Of a stretch of 64,000 bases of DNA, positions 27,709-37,379 are shown piece by piece (position 1 is the stretch's first letter; each line of letters opens with the position of its first letter). The stretch comes from Actinomycetota bacterium (GTDB lineage Bacteria > Actinomycetota > Geothermincolia > Geothermincolales > RBG-13-55-18): assembly GCA_028697145.1 (NCBI GenBank), contig JAQVFR010000003.1, positions 3,988 through 67,987 on the forward strand. The letters run 5' to 3'. The position numbers and the translations under genes are program-made. The notes beneath the pieces were generated by a model. That model saw nothing but the letters and a program-made list of their open reading frames with translations, ran no database searches and was not told the DNA's origin.

Positions 27709-28359
27709 TCAGCGGCCGGAGGCGTCGGCCTGGTTGGAGTAGCCGCGGCTCTCCCAGTATCCCTCGTACTCCCCCACGATGACCTCGATGGCGGTCACCC
27801 ACTTTATCCACTTGTAGCCCAGACGGTCCGGCACCACCAGGCGCAGCGGGAAACCCTGCTCTTGCGGGAGCATCTCTCCATTGGATCCGTAAGCGAGCAA
27901 TGGATCGGTCTCCTCTATGTCCGCGAGGGTAAGGGAAGTGGTATATCCACCGTGAGACGAAAAGACCACGTTGTCCGCCCCAGCGAGCACGCCCGCCCTC
28001 TCCAGGAGCGGCGCGAGCCTGATGCCCTTCCACAGGGCGGTCTCCGTCCATCCCTCCACGCACGGCAGGTCCACCAGCCTTTCCTCGGCCTGCATGGACG
28101 TGATGTCCTCGAAGCCGAGTGAGAGAGGGTTCTCCACCATTCCGCTAACGGTCAGGGCGAAAGCCTCGGGGTCGATGACCGGGTCGGTCTCGGCTGTGCG
28201 CACGCGCATGTCATCGTTGGGTGTTACCTCAGCGGTGCCGCCGTCGGGAAGTCCGATCTCTTCCCTTGATCCAACTCCCCGCAGCAGAATGAACGCCGTC
28301 GCGGAAACGAGGAGCGCGACGACCAGGATAGGTATGCCGTATCTCTTCATCCATTCCAT
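27709..28359 (-). CDS. MsrP/YedY-like molybdopterin-dependent oxidoreductase domain protein (sulfite-oxidase fold)
   Basis: LPCVEGWTETALWKGIRLAPLLERAG and GFPLRLVVPDRLGYKWIKWV match the MsrP HCVTGWS...WTGVPL pattern (from memory). An N-terminal hydrophobic anchor is present. The ATG at 28359 has a weak RBS; a GTG at 28431 is an alternative. Confidence 0.6.
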   Translation of the reverse strand: MEWMKRYGIPILVVALLVSATAFILLRGVGSREEIGLPDGGTAEVTPNDDMRVRTAETDPVIDPEAFALTVSGMVENPLSLGFEDITSMQAEERLVDLPCVEGWTETALWKGIRLAPLLERAGVLAGADNVVFSSHGGYTTSLTLADIEETDPLLAYGSNGEMLPQEQGFPLRLVVPDRLGYKWIKWVTAIEVIVGEYEGYWESRGYSNQADASGR

Positions 28360-28508
28360 GGCTCGATCATATACGGGTTTGGCGAGCGCCTGGATGACGG
28401 TGCTCAATGCGATCGATGCTGTTTCCGGCACGTCGCCGCGTCGGGTTCTACATGCTATGCATGAAAATAGGGAGGGGGGCGAGCCCCCCTCCCTCTCCTG
28501 CGGTGGGA

Positions 28509-30608
28509 TTACCGCGTACGCGCCATCCTCAGCAGCCCATAGGAAGCGATGAAAGCGCCTGTCAGGATCAATAACCCTATCATCAGCAGCAGGTAGCTGA
28601 CCTCGAAGCCGGTTACCGGCAAGGTCTGCCCGCTTTCGATCTGGGCGGGAGGAACGACCACCTCCCCTGCCACCTGCACGTTGTTGAAGAAATCGACTAC
28701 CTTCTCCTCCCCGGCGGAGAGGCTGAAGGAAACCGAGACGGGCGCGGTCGCCACGTATCCATCGCCCACGATCTCCTCGACGGTGTAGTCGCCCGCCTTG
28801 AGACCCGTGAAGGCGTAGGAACCGTCGGCCCCGCTCACTGTGGTGGCGATGATATCGCCCTCGGCGTCGCGCAGGTTGATAGCAACGCCGGCCAGGCCGG
28901 CCTCACCCTCGTCGAACGCGCCGTTGGCGTTGAGGTCGAGCCACTTGGTGCCGAGCACCGAGGCGTATTGGGCATTAAGGAAATCGACACGCTTCTCCTC
29001 GCCCGCTCCCAGCATCACTCCGATCTGTGCGGCGCTGGTGGCGTAGTAGCCTTCCGGCACCTCCTCCATCACCATGTACTGGCCATCCAGCAGGGCCTCG
29101 AAGACGAAGTAACCATTGGCGTCGGTCACTCTCTCCTCGGAGACACCCATGCCCTCGAGGACTATGGTCACGCCCGCGAGCGCGGACTCTCCGTCCTGGC
29201 GGATACCGTCCGCATTGGCATCCAGCCACTTGTACCCGTAGATGCTGGAGAGCCTCTTGTTCATGAAGACGTAGTGCTCAGCGTCACCGTCCTCGAGCAC
29301 GATGTCATGCTCGGTCCCGGTGACGGACACCCAGCCTTCGGGCACTACCTCATAGAGGTGGTATTCACCGGGTGTGATCCATCCGAAGTCGAACAAGCCG
29401 TTCTCGTCGCTGAAGGCTTCGGCGTAGAAACCCTCGCCTTCGAGCACGAACTTGACTCCCGCGACAGGCTCCTGGGTGATGAAGTCGATCTTCTCGCCGG
29501 TTATGCGGCCTCTAGGATCGGTGACCACGATCTCCACGTCCACGTCATCCTCGAGGTCTCCGATCTTGGCCTTGTTGTTGAGGATATAGACCCCGGCTTC
29601 CTCGGCGGTCAGGTCCTTCTCGATGACGATGGTGAACGGGGCCTCCGCCAGGTCCAGCATCCAGGGACCGGTCAGGGAGCCTGCGTCCGCGCCGTTGATG
29701 GTGGTCGAGGTTATCTCGTAACTCAGTCCCGTTGCGGGATCTATTGTCTCTATATCCTCCAGCATCACCTCGGTGGAACCTCCACCAGCGGGCTTCGCGA
29801 AGTCCTGGCGATAATGGAATTTCCAGTCCTGCATGCCCGGCTTCGGGGGGTCGGGCTTGTTGCTGATGGTGATCTCGATGAGGTTGCTCATGGAGGTCAC
29901 GCTGGCCAACGGCACAGGCAGGGTGAATGTACCAGAGTAGGAATAGACGTGGGGTCCACCCGTGGGTATGGCGTTATCCCCCATGGGAACCGTAGTGGTT
30001 ATGTTGGAGGTCGCCGCGAGCCAGGCAGGTCCGCCCGCCTTGTACCAGACAGTGTCGGAGACCGCGATCACGTCAGCGGCCCATTCGCCCGTGTTCTGCA
30101 CGAAGATATTACCCTCGATGTTATATGAGTTCGAGAGCTCGGCATCCACCTCTATGGTGAAGTTGACCTGCTTGGTCTCTCCCGCCTTCATCTCTATGTA
30201 GGACTCGGAAGCCGTCTTCTCCAGGCTTATCTCGGGCCCGGAGGCGGTGACCAGGTCAACGTCCTTGGATATATCAAGGCTGGTGACCTCCCAGGGGTCC
30301 TGCTGGACCATTACCATGGCCTCCGACTGCTCCTGGGCCGCCTTTTCTTCGACTATGGCCTGCTCTTCGACGGCCGCTTTCTCCTCAAGGGCTGTAGCCT
30401 CTTCCTCGGCGATGGTCTCTTCGTCGGCGATTGCCTCCTCTTCCGCCTCAGCCCCCTCTGCGATGACTACCGCCTCCGATGTCGAAGCCTTCTTCTCTCG
30501 GGAGGCTCCCGCATCGGAAGCGGAGGCAGGAACGAAGGGGAAAGCCAGCAGCAGCGCAATGGCCACTACCAGCATCATGCTGAGTAGCGTTCTTATTCTT
30601 TCGTTCAT
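28509..30608 (-). CDS. LPXTG-anchored cell-surface protein with Cna-B/SdrD-B-type repeat domains
   Basis: Signal peptide; repeated D.N.NG..D.GE.GLAGV.I modules; C-terminal LPVTG followed by a hydrophobic segment and an RMARTR tail. Confidence 0.8.
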   Translation of the reverse strand: MNERIRTLLSMMLVVAIALLLAFPFVPASASDAGASREKKASTSEAVVIAEGAEAEEEAIADEETIAEEEATALEEKAAVEEQAIVEEKAAQEQSEAMVMVQQDPWEVTSLDISKDVDLVTASGPEISLEKTASESYIEMKAGETKQVNFTIEVDAELSNSYNIEGNIFVQNTGEWAADVIAVSDTVWYKAGGPAWLAATSNITTTVPMGDNAIPTGGPHVYSYSGTFTLPVPLASVTSMSNLIEITISNKPDPPKPGMQDWKFHYRQDFAKPAGGGSTEVMLEDIETIDPATGLSYEITSTTINGADAGSLTGPWMLDLAEAPFTIVIEKDLTAEEAGVYILNNKAKIGDLEDDVDVEIVVTDPRGRITGEKIDFITQEPVAGVKFVLEGEGFYAEAFSDENGLFDFGWITPGEYHLYEVVPEGWVSVTGTEHDIVLEDGDAEHYVFMNKRLSSIYGYKWLDANADGIRQDGESALAGVTIVLEGMGVSEERVTDANGYFVFEALLDGQYMVMEEVPEGYYATSAAQIGVMLGAGEEKRVDFLNAQYASVLGTKWLDLNANGAFDEGEAGLAGVAINLRDAEGDIIATTVSGADGSYAFTGLKAGDYTVEEIVGDGYVATAPVSVSFSLSAGEEKVVDFFNNVQVAGEVVVPPAQIESGQTLPVTGFEVSYLLLMIGLLILTGAFIASYGLLRMARTR

Positions 30609-30653
30609 TTTAATCCCTCCTTTTCTCTTTCCAGTTGGTGAATCCGGTCAATT

Positions 30654-30687
30654 AAAAAACGGCCTCTTTGTTTCGAAAAGAGGCCGG
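30654..30687 (-). terminator. Rho-independent terminator (minus strand)
   Basis: 9-bp stem cggcctctt/aagaggccg followed on the minus strand by TTTTTT. Confidence 0.6.
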
Positions 30688-30927
30688 TTTCACTATTAGC
30701 TCAGAACGTTATTAGTGACCATCTCATAAAACGTTCGTCATCGCTTCCTCTTAGACTGATCTAAACCTAGTGCTTTCATCTATCTAGTAAGTCCATCCTT
30801 AAGATAAAGCACGGACTCGTGCCCTTCTATGATTCAGATCAGGCAACTTTGATCATGAGAACGGCAGTTGGACAGCGGCAGTCTCGAGGCGTATCCGGGG
30901 CGGCGCGAACCTTCTGCTCCGTAATGC

Positions 30928-31170
30928 TCAGCCACCTCGGGTACGCTTTTCATGCCTCTTCGTCCTTGTCCAGACGATCAGCACGATCGATATAAAGAGA
31001 AGTACGGATGCGGCCAGCCAGCCGATAATGCCCGCCGTGAGTAAGGCATCGAGGTTGGCGGAACTGCCTACTATCGTGCAGACCAGGGCCAGAACGAGCG
31101 CGAGAAGCGCCATGATCAACATGATCCTTGCGACGGTTTTCATCCCTGCTCCCCCGTCCTTATCCGGCAA
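30928..31170 (-). CDS. Small hypothetical membrane protein
   Basis: 80-aa ORF with two hydrophobic helices and a basic C-terminus. It lies in a relatively AT-rich stretch between the two surface-protein genes. Confidence 0.3.
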   Translation of the reverse strand: MPDKDGGAGMKTVARIMLIMALLALVLALVCTIVGSSANLDALLTAGIIGWLAASVLLFISIVLIVWTRTKRHEKRTRGG

Positions 31171-31560
31171 CCGAGGTAAAAAGACGATCGGGGCAGACCG
31201 GTCAGATCATAACTTCCGCGGCTCAAAGCCCCCACCCTCTCATCACCTCGCTTAATAGGCACCAAGTGTTTTTGTCCCTTTACGGTGCTGATTGATACCT
31301 GCTGTTGATTTTAGCAGAGAGCCCGGTGGGGAATGCCATTAAGGCCGTGGCCTGCATCTATCCGCGTTCTTCAAAAAGATGTTTCGCCTCGTCATGTATG
31401 GGGAAACACGATATAACGATATATATACGGTCCTGTATAGACAAAGGAAAAATATGTTATAATACGGTTGCTTGCACAATAGTTATATATCAAGGGATGC
31501 TGGGATCCGCGTTCTCGACATGGTCACCTGGGGACGCGGGGAGCTAAATGGTGAAACCGG

Positions 31561-31590
31561 CCCGATCGCAAGAGTGGTCGGGTTTTTTTA
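31561..31590 (+). terminator. Stem-loop plus T-tract, plus strand (terminator/attenuator of a possible leader or sRNA)
   Basis: cccgatcg-caagag-tggtcggg followed by TTTTTTTA. Upstream are TATAAT at about 31456 and a TTGCAC hexamer nearby. Confidence 0.4.
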
Positions 31591-31871
31591 TACACCGGTA
31601 CGGCTGACAAAAAGGGAGAGAGGGATAGGGCCAAGAGAGAACGGCTGAGACCGGAGAATGGGCAGTTTTCCCGGTTGCGGCCAGAGTTCATCCGGCGTAG
31701 ATGCACGGGGCAATGCTGCTGAAACGGCACGATCTCGACTATCTCATCGATGGCCTGAGCCTCACCTTTTTTATCCGTGCCTGGCGGGAGGGTGTCTTTC
31801 CCGCGTAATAGCGGGAATGACGCTGTTCACGCTGAGTAACCGACTGCATGAAAAGAAAGGGAGGTGAGATC

Positions 31872-34289
31872 TTGGAAGGCCTCAAAAAATGGATCGCGCT
31901 CCTCGCCACCGTAACTATGTTGCTGCTTGCTCTGATGTCTGGACTCATCTCGGCAGCGCCGTCGAAGGAATGGAAAGAAGACAAGGAGGAGCAATCGGAT
32001 ATAGTCGAGGATAAGACCGATGAAGAGGGTCTTGGAGGCGAGGACACGGTCGCTGGCCCAAGCGAGGAAAAGAACACCGTAGATGCAGGTGAGGCACCGG
32101 AAGCCCCCGACTCCGGCAAAGATGTGGCGGACACTGGGGCTGGAGGAAGCGAGGAATTGCCTCCCGCTGCACTCCTGGCCGCATGCGAACCCACGATGTC
32201 GACGATGGCGTCGGTGACACCGACACTGGTCGATCCCTGGGCATCGGGTGATGCGAAGCCCGAGTGCGTATTGGCTGCCACGATACTCGGGGTAAGCCCC
32301 GCCGATGAAGCCTATAAGGTTGATGCTGCCGCCCCCAACGGCACGTACACGAGTAACGGCAACACCATCACCATCTCCAACAGCACCGGCAAGGTGTTCG
32401 ACTGGGCGTCCGTGTACCCCGTGCAGTGCGTGATCGTGAAGGCGGGAACCGCCGCATACCTGTTCTACTACCCTGGTGGAGCTTACGGCGATACCGGCCT
32501 CTATGCACCGTACAACAAAGATATAAGTCACGTCACTTTCTGCTTCAACGTGCCTGTCCTGGGTTCCATCTGCGGCACCAAGTGGGAGGATCATAAGGAA
32601 GGCGCACCCGTCGACGGTGTGACCATCATCCTCCTCGACGCTACCGGCAATGAAGTAGCAAGGACCGTAACCGCGAATGGAGGCAAGTACTGCTTCAACG
32701 ATATCCCGCTGGGCGAATATACGGTGAGGGAACTCCTGGACCCCGGGTGGTATGCGAAGAGCCCTGCCAGTGGAGAGTGGACGGTCATCCTGAGCGAAAG
32801 CGGAAGCGGTATAGTAACCGCGGGAATCCTGTGCTGTCCGCCTCCCCCGCCTCCGCCGCCCTGCGTGACTGATGTGGACTTCATCAATGCCCGATACGGT
32901 TCCATCACCGGCCTCAAGTTCGAGGACATGAACGCGGACGCAGACAAGGATGCCGAGGATACGCCCTGGGCTGGGATCACCATCCAGCTCAAGCAGGGCG
33001 CTACGGTGGTCGCCACCACCGTGACCGATGCGAACGGCAGGTTCACCTTCTCGAGCGTCATGCCGGGGACCTACGACGTGGTCGAGGTCCTGGGAGCCGG
33101 TATCTACACCAGCACCTCGCTGATCATCTCCGGCGTGGAGGTTGCCTCCGGGCAAGCGGTGGTCCTGGACGAGACGCCCTTCCTCAACTACGAGGAGGGC
33201 TCCATCTCGGGCTACAAGTACCGTGACCTCGACGCCGACGGCGAGCTGGACCCCGGCGAGCCCGGATTCGCGGGCGTGACCATCAAGCTCTACGATGCGG
33301 ACGATGACCTGATCGACACCACGGTGACCGACGCAAACGGCAAGTTCGTCTTCATCGGCGTCGTGCCGGGGACCTACTCCATAGCAGAGGTGCTGGGCGC
33401 GGGGGTCCTCTCCAAGAGACTCACCACCATCACCGGCGTGGTGGTGGTATCGGGCGAGGAGACGGTGCTCGAGCAGAAGTACTTCCTCAACTACGAGGAG
33501 GGCTCCATCACCGGCCTCAAGTTCGAGGACATGAACGCGGACGGGGATAAGGACGCAGGGGATGCGCCCTGGGCCGGGATCACCATCCAGCTCAAGCAGG
33601 GCGCTACGGTTGTCGCCACCACCGTGACCGACGCGAACGGCAGGTTCCTCTTCACCGGCGTCGAGCCGGGGACCTACGACGTGGTCGAGGTCCTGGGTGC
33701 CGGTATCTACACCAGCACCTCGCTGATCATCTCCGGCGTGGAGGTTGCCTCCGGGCAGGCGGTGGTCCTGGACGAGACCCCCTTTCTCAACTACGAGGAG
33801 GGATCCATCTCGGGCTACAAGTACCGTGACCTCGACGCGGACGGCGAGCTCGACGAAGCAGATACACCGTGGGACGGGAACTCTACTCCCATCGCAGTCG
33901 AGCTGTGGTCGGGCGGTTCGAAGATCGAAGAAACCATAATAAACAACGAGCATGGTTTCTATCTCTTCGCCGATCTTGAACCCGGCGAGTACACGGTCAA
34001 AGAAGCCGAGCCCTTCCCGGAGGGCGTTGAAACGGCGATGGACGATACCTCGTTCACAGTCGTCATCGAGTCCGGCGAGCACCTCGTTGTCGCCCCGGAG
34101 CAGTACTTCCTCAACTACATCCTGGAAGTCGCTCCTGTAATCATCGAGCCTGAGGTTGCGCCCCAGGTCCCAGGCCAGTTGCCCATGACGGGCTGGAACC
34201 TGCTGCCATGGGTCCTTGCCGCCGGGTTGCTCGCGCTCCTCGGATTGATAACCCTGATGCTCGGAGTGATACAGCTCCGCAGGAACTGA
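31872..34289 (+). CDS. LPXTG-anchored cell-surface protein with Cna-B/SdrD-B-type repeats and a poly-proline linker
   Basis: RBS AGGGAGGTGA then TTG at 31872 (an alternative ATG is at 31848). Signal peptide; CCPPPPPPPPC linker; four repeats of NYEEGSI(T/S)G.K(F/Y).D..AD...D...W.GITI.L; C-terminal LPMTG plus TM helix plus RRN. Confidence 0.8.
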   Translation: MEGLKKWIALLATVTMLLLALMSGLISAAPSKEWKEDKEEQSDIVEDKTDEEGLGGEDTVAGPSEEKNTVDAGEAPEAPDSGKDVADTGAGGSEELPPAALLAACEPTMSTMASVTPTLVDPWASGDAKPECVLAATILGVSPADEAYKVDAAAPNGTYTSNGNTITISNSTGKVFDWASVYPVQCVIVKAGTAAYLFYYPGGAYGDTGLYAPYNKDISHVTFCFNVPVLGSICGTKWEDHKEGAPVDGVTIILLDATGNEVARTVTANGGKYCFNDIPLGEYTVRELLDPGWYAKSPASGEWTVILSESGSGIVTAGILCCPPPPPPPPCVTDVDFINARYGSITGLKFEDMNADADKDAEDTPWAGITIQLKQGATVVATTVTDANGRFTFSSVMPGTYDVVEVLGAGIYTSTSLIISGVEVASGQAVVLDETPFLNYEEGSISGYKYRDLDADGELDPGEPGFAGVTIKLYDADDDLIDTTVTDANGKFVFIGVVPGTYSIAEVLGAGVLSKRLTTITGVVVVSGEETVLEQKYFLNYEEGSITGLKFEDMNADGDKDAGDAPWAGITIQLKQGATVVATTVTDANGRFLFTGVEPGTYDVVEVLGAGIYTSTSLIISGVEVASGQAVVLDETPFLNYEEGSISGYKYRDLDADGELDEADTPWDGNSTPIAVELWSGGSKIEETIINNEHGFYLFADLEPGEYTVKEAEPFPEGVETAMDDTSFTVVIESGEHLVVAPEQYFLNYILEVAPVIIEPEVAPQVPGQLPMTGWNLLPWVLAAGLLALLGLITLMLGVIQLRRN

Positions 34290-34305
34290 CGTTCACGACC
34301 ACAGG

Positions 34306-34337
34306 AAAGGGCCCCCGGCCGGGGGCCCTTTCTCATT
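34306..34337. terminator. Bidirectional intrinsic terminator between convergent genes
   Basis: Perfect 20-nt palindrome gggcccccggccgggggccc flanked by aaa on one side and tttctcatt on the other. Confidence 0.6.
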
Positions 34338-34382
34338 GCCGATTACATCTCAAGGCAGGTCGAGCAGGAGCAGGCCACCCTT

Positions 34383-35675
34383 TCAGCTTATCTCGCGGAT
34401 GCGCTCGTACAGCTCGTTGCGGTGAAACTGGTCGAAGTCGTAATAGCCGCGCACGACGTCGAGCCTTGAGAGTTGCGCTCCACCCTCCCATAGCTGAAGC
34501 GTCTTCGCGTCCCTCCAGTATTTCTCCACGTAGTAATCGGTCACGTAACCATACGAGCCCATGAGCTCCATGGCGCGGTTGGTGACGTTGATCGCCGCGT
34601 CGCAGCAAAAGACCTTGGCGGCCGATGCCCTGGAGAGCATGTGCACGGATGCGCCGTCACCATACACCTCGGGGCGGTCATATAAATAAGCGGCGTTGAC
34701 GTAATTGTCCCTTCCCGCCTGTATGCCCATGGCGATATCGGCAAGCATGGTGGCGCAGACGGTATGCTGCCGGATGGGCTTTCCCGCCGCTATCCTGTCG
34801 GTGGTAAAGGCAAGGACCTCGTCCAGGGTCCCCTGGGCCATACCGATGGCCAGCCCCGCGGAGACGATGCGCGCGAAGGCCTGGTTGTCCCACAGCAACT
34901 CCGCGTCCCAGCCCGGCCCGGCGGCCCGCCATCCCTCCGGCACGCGCACTCCCTTGAGCTCGAAACCGCCCTGTCTGCTGCCCCTGAGCCCTTCCTTGTC
35001 CTCGAACCCCAGGAACGTAAACCCTTGCGTCGGGACCTCCACGTAGACCAGGGCGATCCCTTCGTCGCCCAGGCTCTGATCCGTGCTCGCGACCACGCAA
35101 TATGCGCCCGCAAGGCCCGCGTTGACCGACCATACCTTGGTGCCGTCCATTACCCACTGCCCGTCGCGCAAGGCGGCGGCACAGGTTATCCCGCTACCCA
35201 TGAGGTCGGCGTTCTCGATATCGCTGCCCCCTTGTGGCTCGGTGGCTGCGAAGCACCCCAGGCATAGTTCATCCTCCTGTACGAAGCGGGGTGCAAAATG
35301 CTCCAGCACCTCACGGTTGTCAGTCTTTATCGCCGGTCGCATGGCCAGAATGCCGCCCATCAGGGAGGTAAAGAGGGCGGCATCTCCCCTTCCCATCTCC
35401 TCCGCCAGCAAGGCCGTGGTCAAGGCCGAGGACAGGCCCATGCCGCCATATTCCTCCGGCAGGAACCCTCCCTGCAGCCCCAGGGGCAACATCTTCTTCA
35501 GCGTTTCCTCCACCAGCCCGTAATCCGAGCGTGTGCTCTCGTCGAGCTCCCTACGCACCGGCATGATCTGCTCGTCCACGAAATCCCGCGTCGAGCTCAG
35601 AAGGAGCTTGTCCGAGGGACTTAGAAGTTCCTGGACGAACCTGTTCTCCTTGCGTTCAATGGATACCTGTGCCAT
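34383..35675 (-). CDS. Acyl-CoA dehydrogenase family protein (tandem paralogue A)
   Basis: ACAD-like throughout (CFAATEPQGGSD, YGYVTDYYVEKYWRDAK). About 45% identical by eye to 35749..37044. Confidence 0.75.
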   Translation of the reverse strand: MAQVSIERKENRFVQELLSPSDKLLLSSTRDFVDEQIMPVRRELDESTRSDYGLVEETLKKMLPLGLQGGFLPEEYGGMGLSSALTTALLAEEMGRGDAALFTSLMGGILAMRPAIKTDNREVLEHFAPRFVQEDELCLGCFAATEPQGGSDIENADLMGSGITCAAALRDGQWVMDGTKVWSVNAGLAGAYCVVASTDQSLGDEGIALVYVEVPTQGFTFLGFEDKEGLRGSRQGGFELKGVRVPEGWRAAGPGWDAELLWDNQAFARIVSAGLAIGMAQGTLDEVLAFTTDRIAAGKPIRQHTVCATMLADIAMGIQAGRDNYVNAAYLYDRPEVYGDGASVHMLSRASAAKVFCCDAAINVTNRAMELMGSYGYVTDYYVEKYWRDAKTLQLWEGGAQLSRLDVVRGYYDFDQFHRNELYERIREIS

Positions 35676-35748
35676 GTCCTCTATCCTCCTTGCCGGCTCA
35701 GCCGGCGGACGACCTTTTCTGCTTCACGCGCTCCGCCTCCCTCTGTCT

Positions 35749-37044
35749 TCATTTCCTTCGCATCTCCTGCATCTTTTCATAGAGATCATTCTCGTAGAAC
35801 TGGTTGTAGTCATAGTAGCCGCGGGTGACGTCCATCTTCCCCAGCTGTACTCCCCCCTCCCACAGCTGGACGATCTTGTTGTCGCGCCAGTACTTCTCTA
35901 CGTTATAGTCGGTGGCGTAACCGTAATTGCCCATGAGCTCCATGGCCTGGTTGGTAGCCTTCACCGCCATATCGCAACAATAGACCTTGGCGACCGTGGA
36001 CCTCGACAGCATGTACTTCGAATGCCTCGGCCCGTAGGTCTCCGGGTGGTCGTACATGTAGGCGGCGTTGACATATGAGTCCCGTCCCACCTGGATGCCT
36101 ATGGCGATGTCCGCGAGGATGTTCGCGGCCACGGTGTGCTGGCGTATGGGCTTTCCCGCAACCTTGCGGTCGCGCGTGAAGGCCAGTGCCTCGTCGAAGG
36201 CGCCCTGGGCGATGCCCGCCGCCCACGCCGCACTAAAGAGGCGGGCAAAGACCAGGTTGTCGTGCAGCAGCTCCGCGTCTTTTCCGGGTCCCGCGGCGCG
36301 GTACTCCAGGGGTACGCGCACGTCCTCGAAATAGAAGTCACCCTCGTGGCTGCCGCGGAAACCGGCCTTGTCCTCGAACCTGCCAAAGCTGTATCCCTCT
36401 ATAGGGACAGGCACGTAGATGAGGGCGATACCGTCGTCGCCCAGGGACGGGTCTGTGTTGCACACCACGCAATATACATCGGACTCCCCCGAGTTCGTCG
36501 GCCATACCTTGGCGCCGTTGATCACCCATTCGTCACCGTCCAGCACGGCGCGGGTGTGTATGCCCTTTCCCTTCATGTCAAGGTTCTCTATGTTGCAGCC
36601 GCCCGAGGGCTCGGTCATGGCGAAGCAGGCGACGTAAGGCTCACTTCCCAGGAAGCGAGGCGCAAAATCTTCCAGCAGGGTCTTGTTCTCTGCGAACACC
36701 GCCGGGCGGAAAGCCCAGGTGCCGCCTCCGATGGGCGCAATACAGGCGGGCTCGCTCCTGCCGAACTCGTCGAGGATGACGCAGTAGGTTAGCGCCGAGG
36801 TGAGGTTCCAGCCCCCGTATTCCGGCGGAAGGAACGCGCTCTGAAAGCCAAGGTCGACAAGCTTTCTCTGCACCTCCTTCACCAGTTTCCAATCGCCGCG
36901 TGTGCTGGCCTCCATCTCCTTTCGTATGGGCATGATCTCGCGTTCGACGAAGTCCCGGATCAGGTTCACCAGGAACCTGTCCCCGGGGCTTACCAGCTCG
37001 TGCATGAACCTGTTCTCCCTGTTCTCGATGGAAACCTCTTCCAT
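35749..37044 (-). CDS. Acyl-CoA dehydrogenase family protein (tandem paralogue B)
   Basis: Begins MEEVSIENRENRF...; has CFAMTEPSGGCN and YGYATDYNVEKYWRDNK. The RBS AAGGGGGAAGGGAG precedes the ATG at 37044. The ORF-track upstream extension is not used. Confidence 0.75.
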   Translation of the reverse strand: MEEVSIENRENRFMHELVSPGDRFLVNLIRDFVEREIMPIRKEMEASTRGDWKLVKEVQRKLVDLGFQSAFLPPEYGGWNLTSALTYCVILDEFGRSEPACIAPIGGGTWAFRPAVFAENKTLLEDFAPRFLGSEPYVACFAMTEPSGGCNIENLDMKGKGIHTRAVLDGDEWVINGAKVWPTNSGESDVYCVVCNTDPSLGDDGIALIYVPVPIEGYSFGRFEDKAGFRGSHEGDFYFEDVRVPLEYRAAGPGKDAELLHDNLVFARLFSAAWAAGIAQGAFDEALAFTRDRKVAGKPIRQHTVAANILADIAIGIQVGRDSYVNAAYMYDHPETYGPRHSKYMLSRSTVAKVYCCDMAVKATNQAMELMGNYGYATDYNVEKYWRDNKIVQLWEGGVQLGKMDVTRGYYDYNQFYENDLYEKMQEMRRK

Positions 37045-37149
37045 ACTCCCTTCCCCCTTTTCGCATGAGCGATAAACAGAACCCCTCCTGTTCCGTGAGA
37101 AGCCTTTTTCGACCGGACCGCCGATGAGACCTGACATGCCGCGAGGCCG

Positions 37150-37356
37150 TTATTCACGCCCCTCGCGCCTGTCGCGTTCGCGTTTGTATGGTACCCCTTT
37201 GCCCTTCCTGCCCTGCTTGACCTTGGTAGGAGGAGGCATCGCTTTGCGGATGCGTTTGAAAGCCTCTAGCCAGGAATCCCCTCTCTTCTCTACCCCCATG
37301 GCGACCTCCAGCCGCTGTCTCTCGATTGTCCGGTTTGCGCCCTGTTGATTCGTCAT
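37150..37356 (-). CDS. Small basic hypothetical protein (68 aa)
   Basis: MTNQQGANRTIERQRLEVAMGVEKRGDSWLEAFKRIRKAMPPPTKVKQGRKGKGVPYKRERDRREGRE. The RBS GGGAGGA is adjacent to the ATG. It sits between the CxxCG paralogue and the ACAD pair. Confidence 0.4.
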   Translation of the reverse strand: MTNQQGANRTIERQRLEVAMGVEKRGDSWLEAFKRIRKAMPPPTKVKQGRKGKGVPYKRERDRREGRE

Positions 37357-37379
37357 TCCTCCCGCACGTGGCGAGCGCG

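Noticed and set aside
28968-30128. 386-aa plus-strand ORF antisense to the LPXTG adhesin
   Set aside because: Shadow ORF.
31440-31600. Possible c-di-GMP-I (GEMM) riboswitch upstream of the adhesin
   Set aside because: Comparison by eye with the remembered GEMM consensus found no convincing paired GNRA tetraloop/receptor hairpins. Kept only as a generic leader or sRNA candidate.
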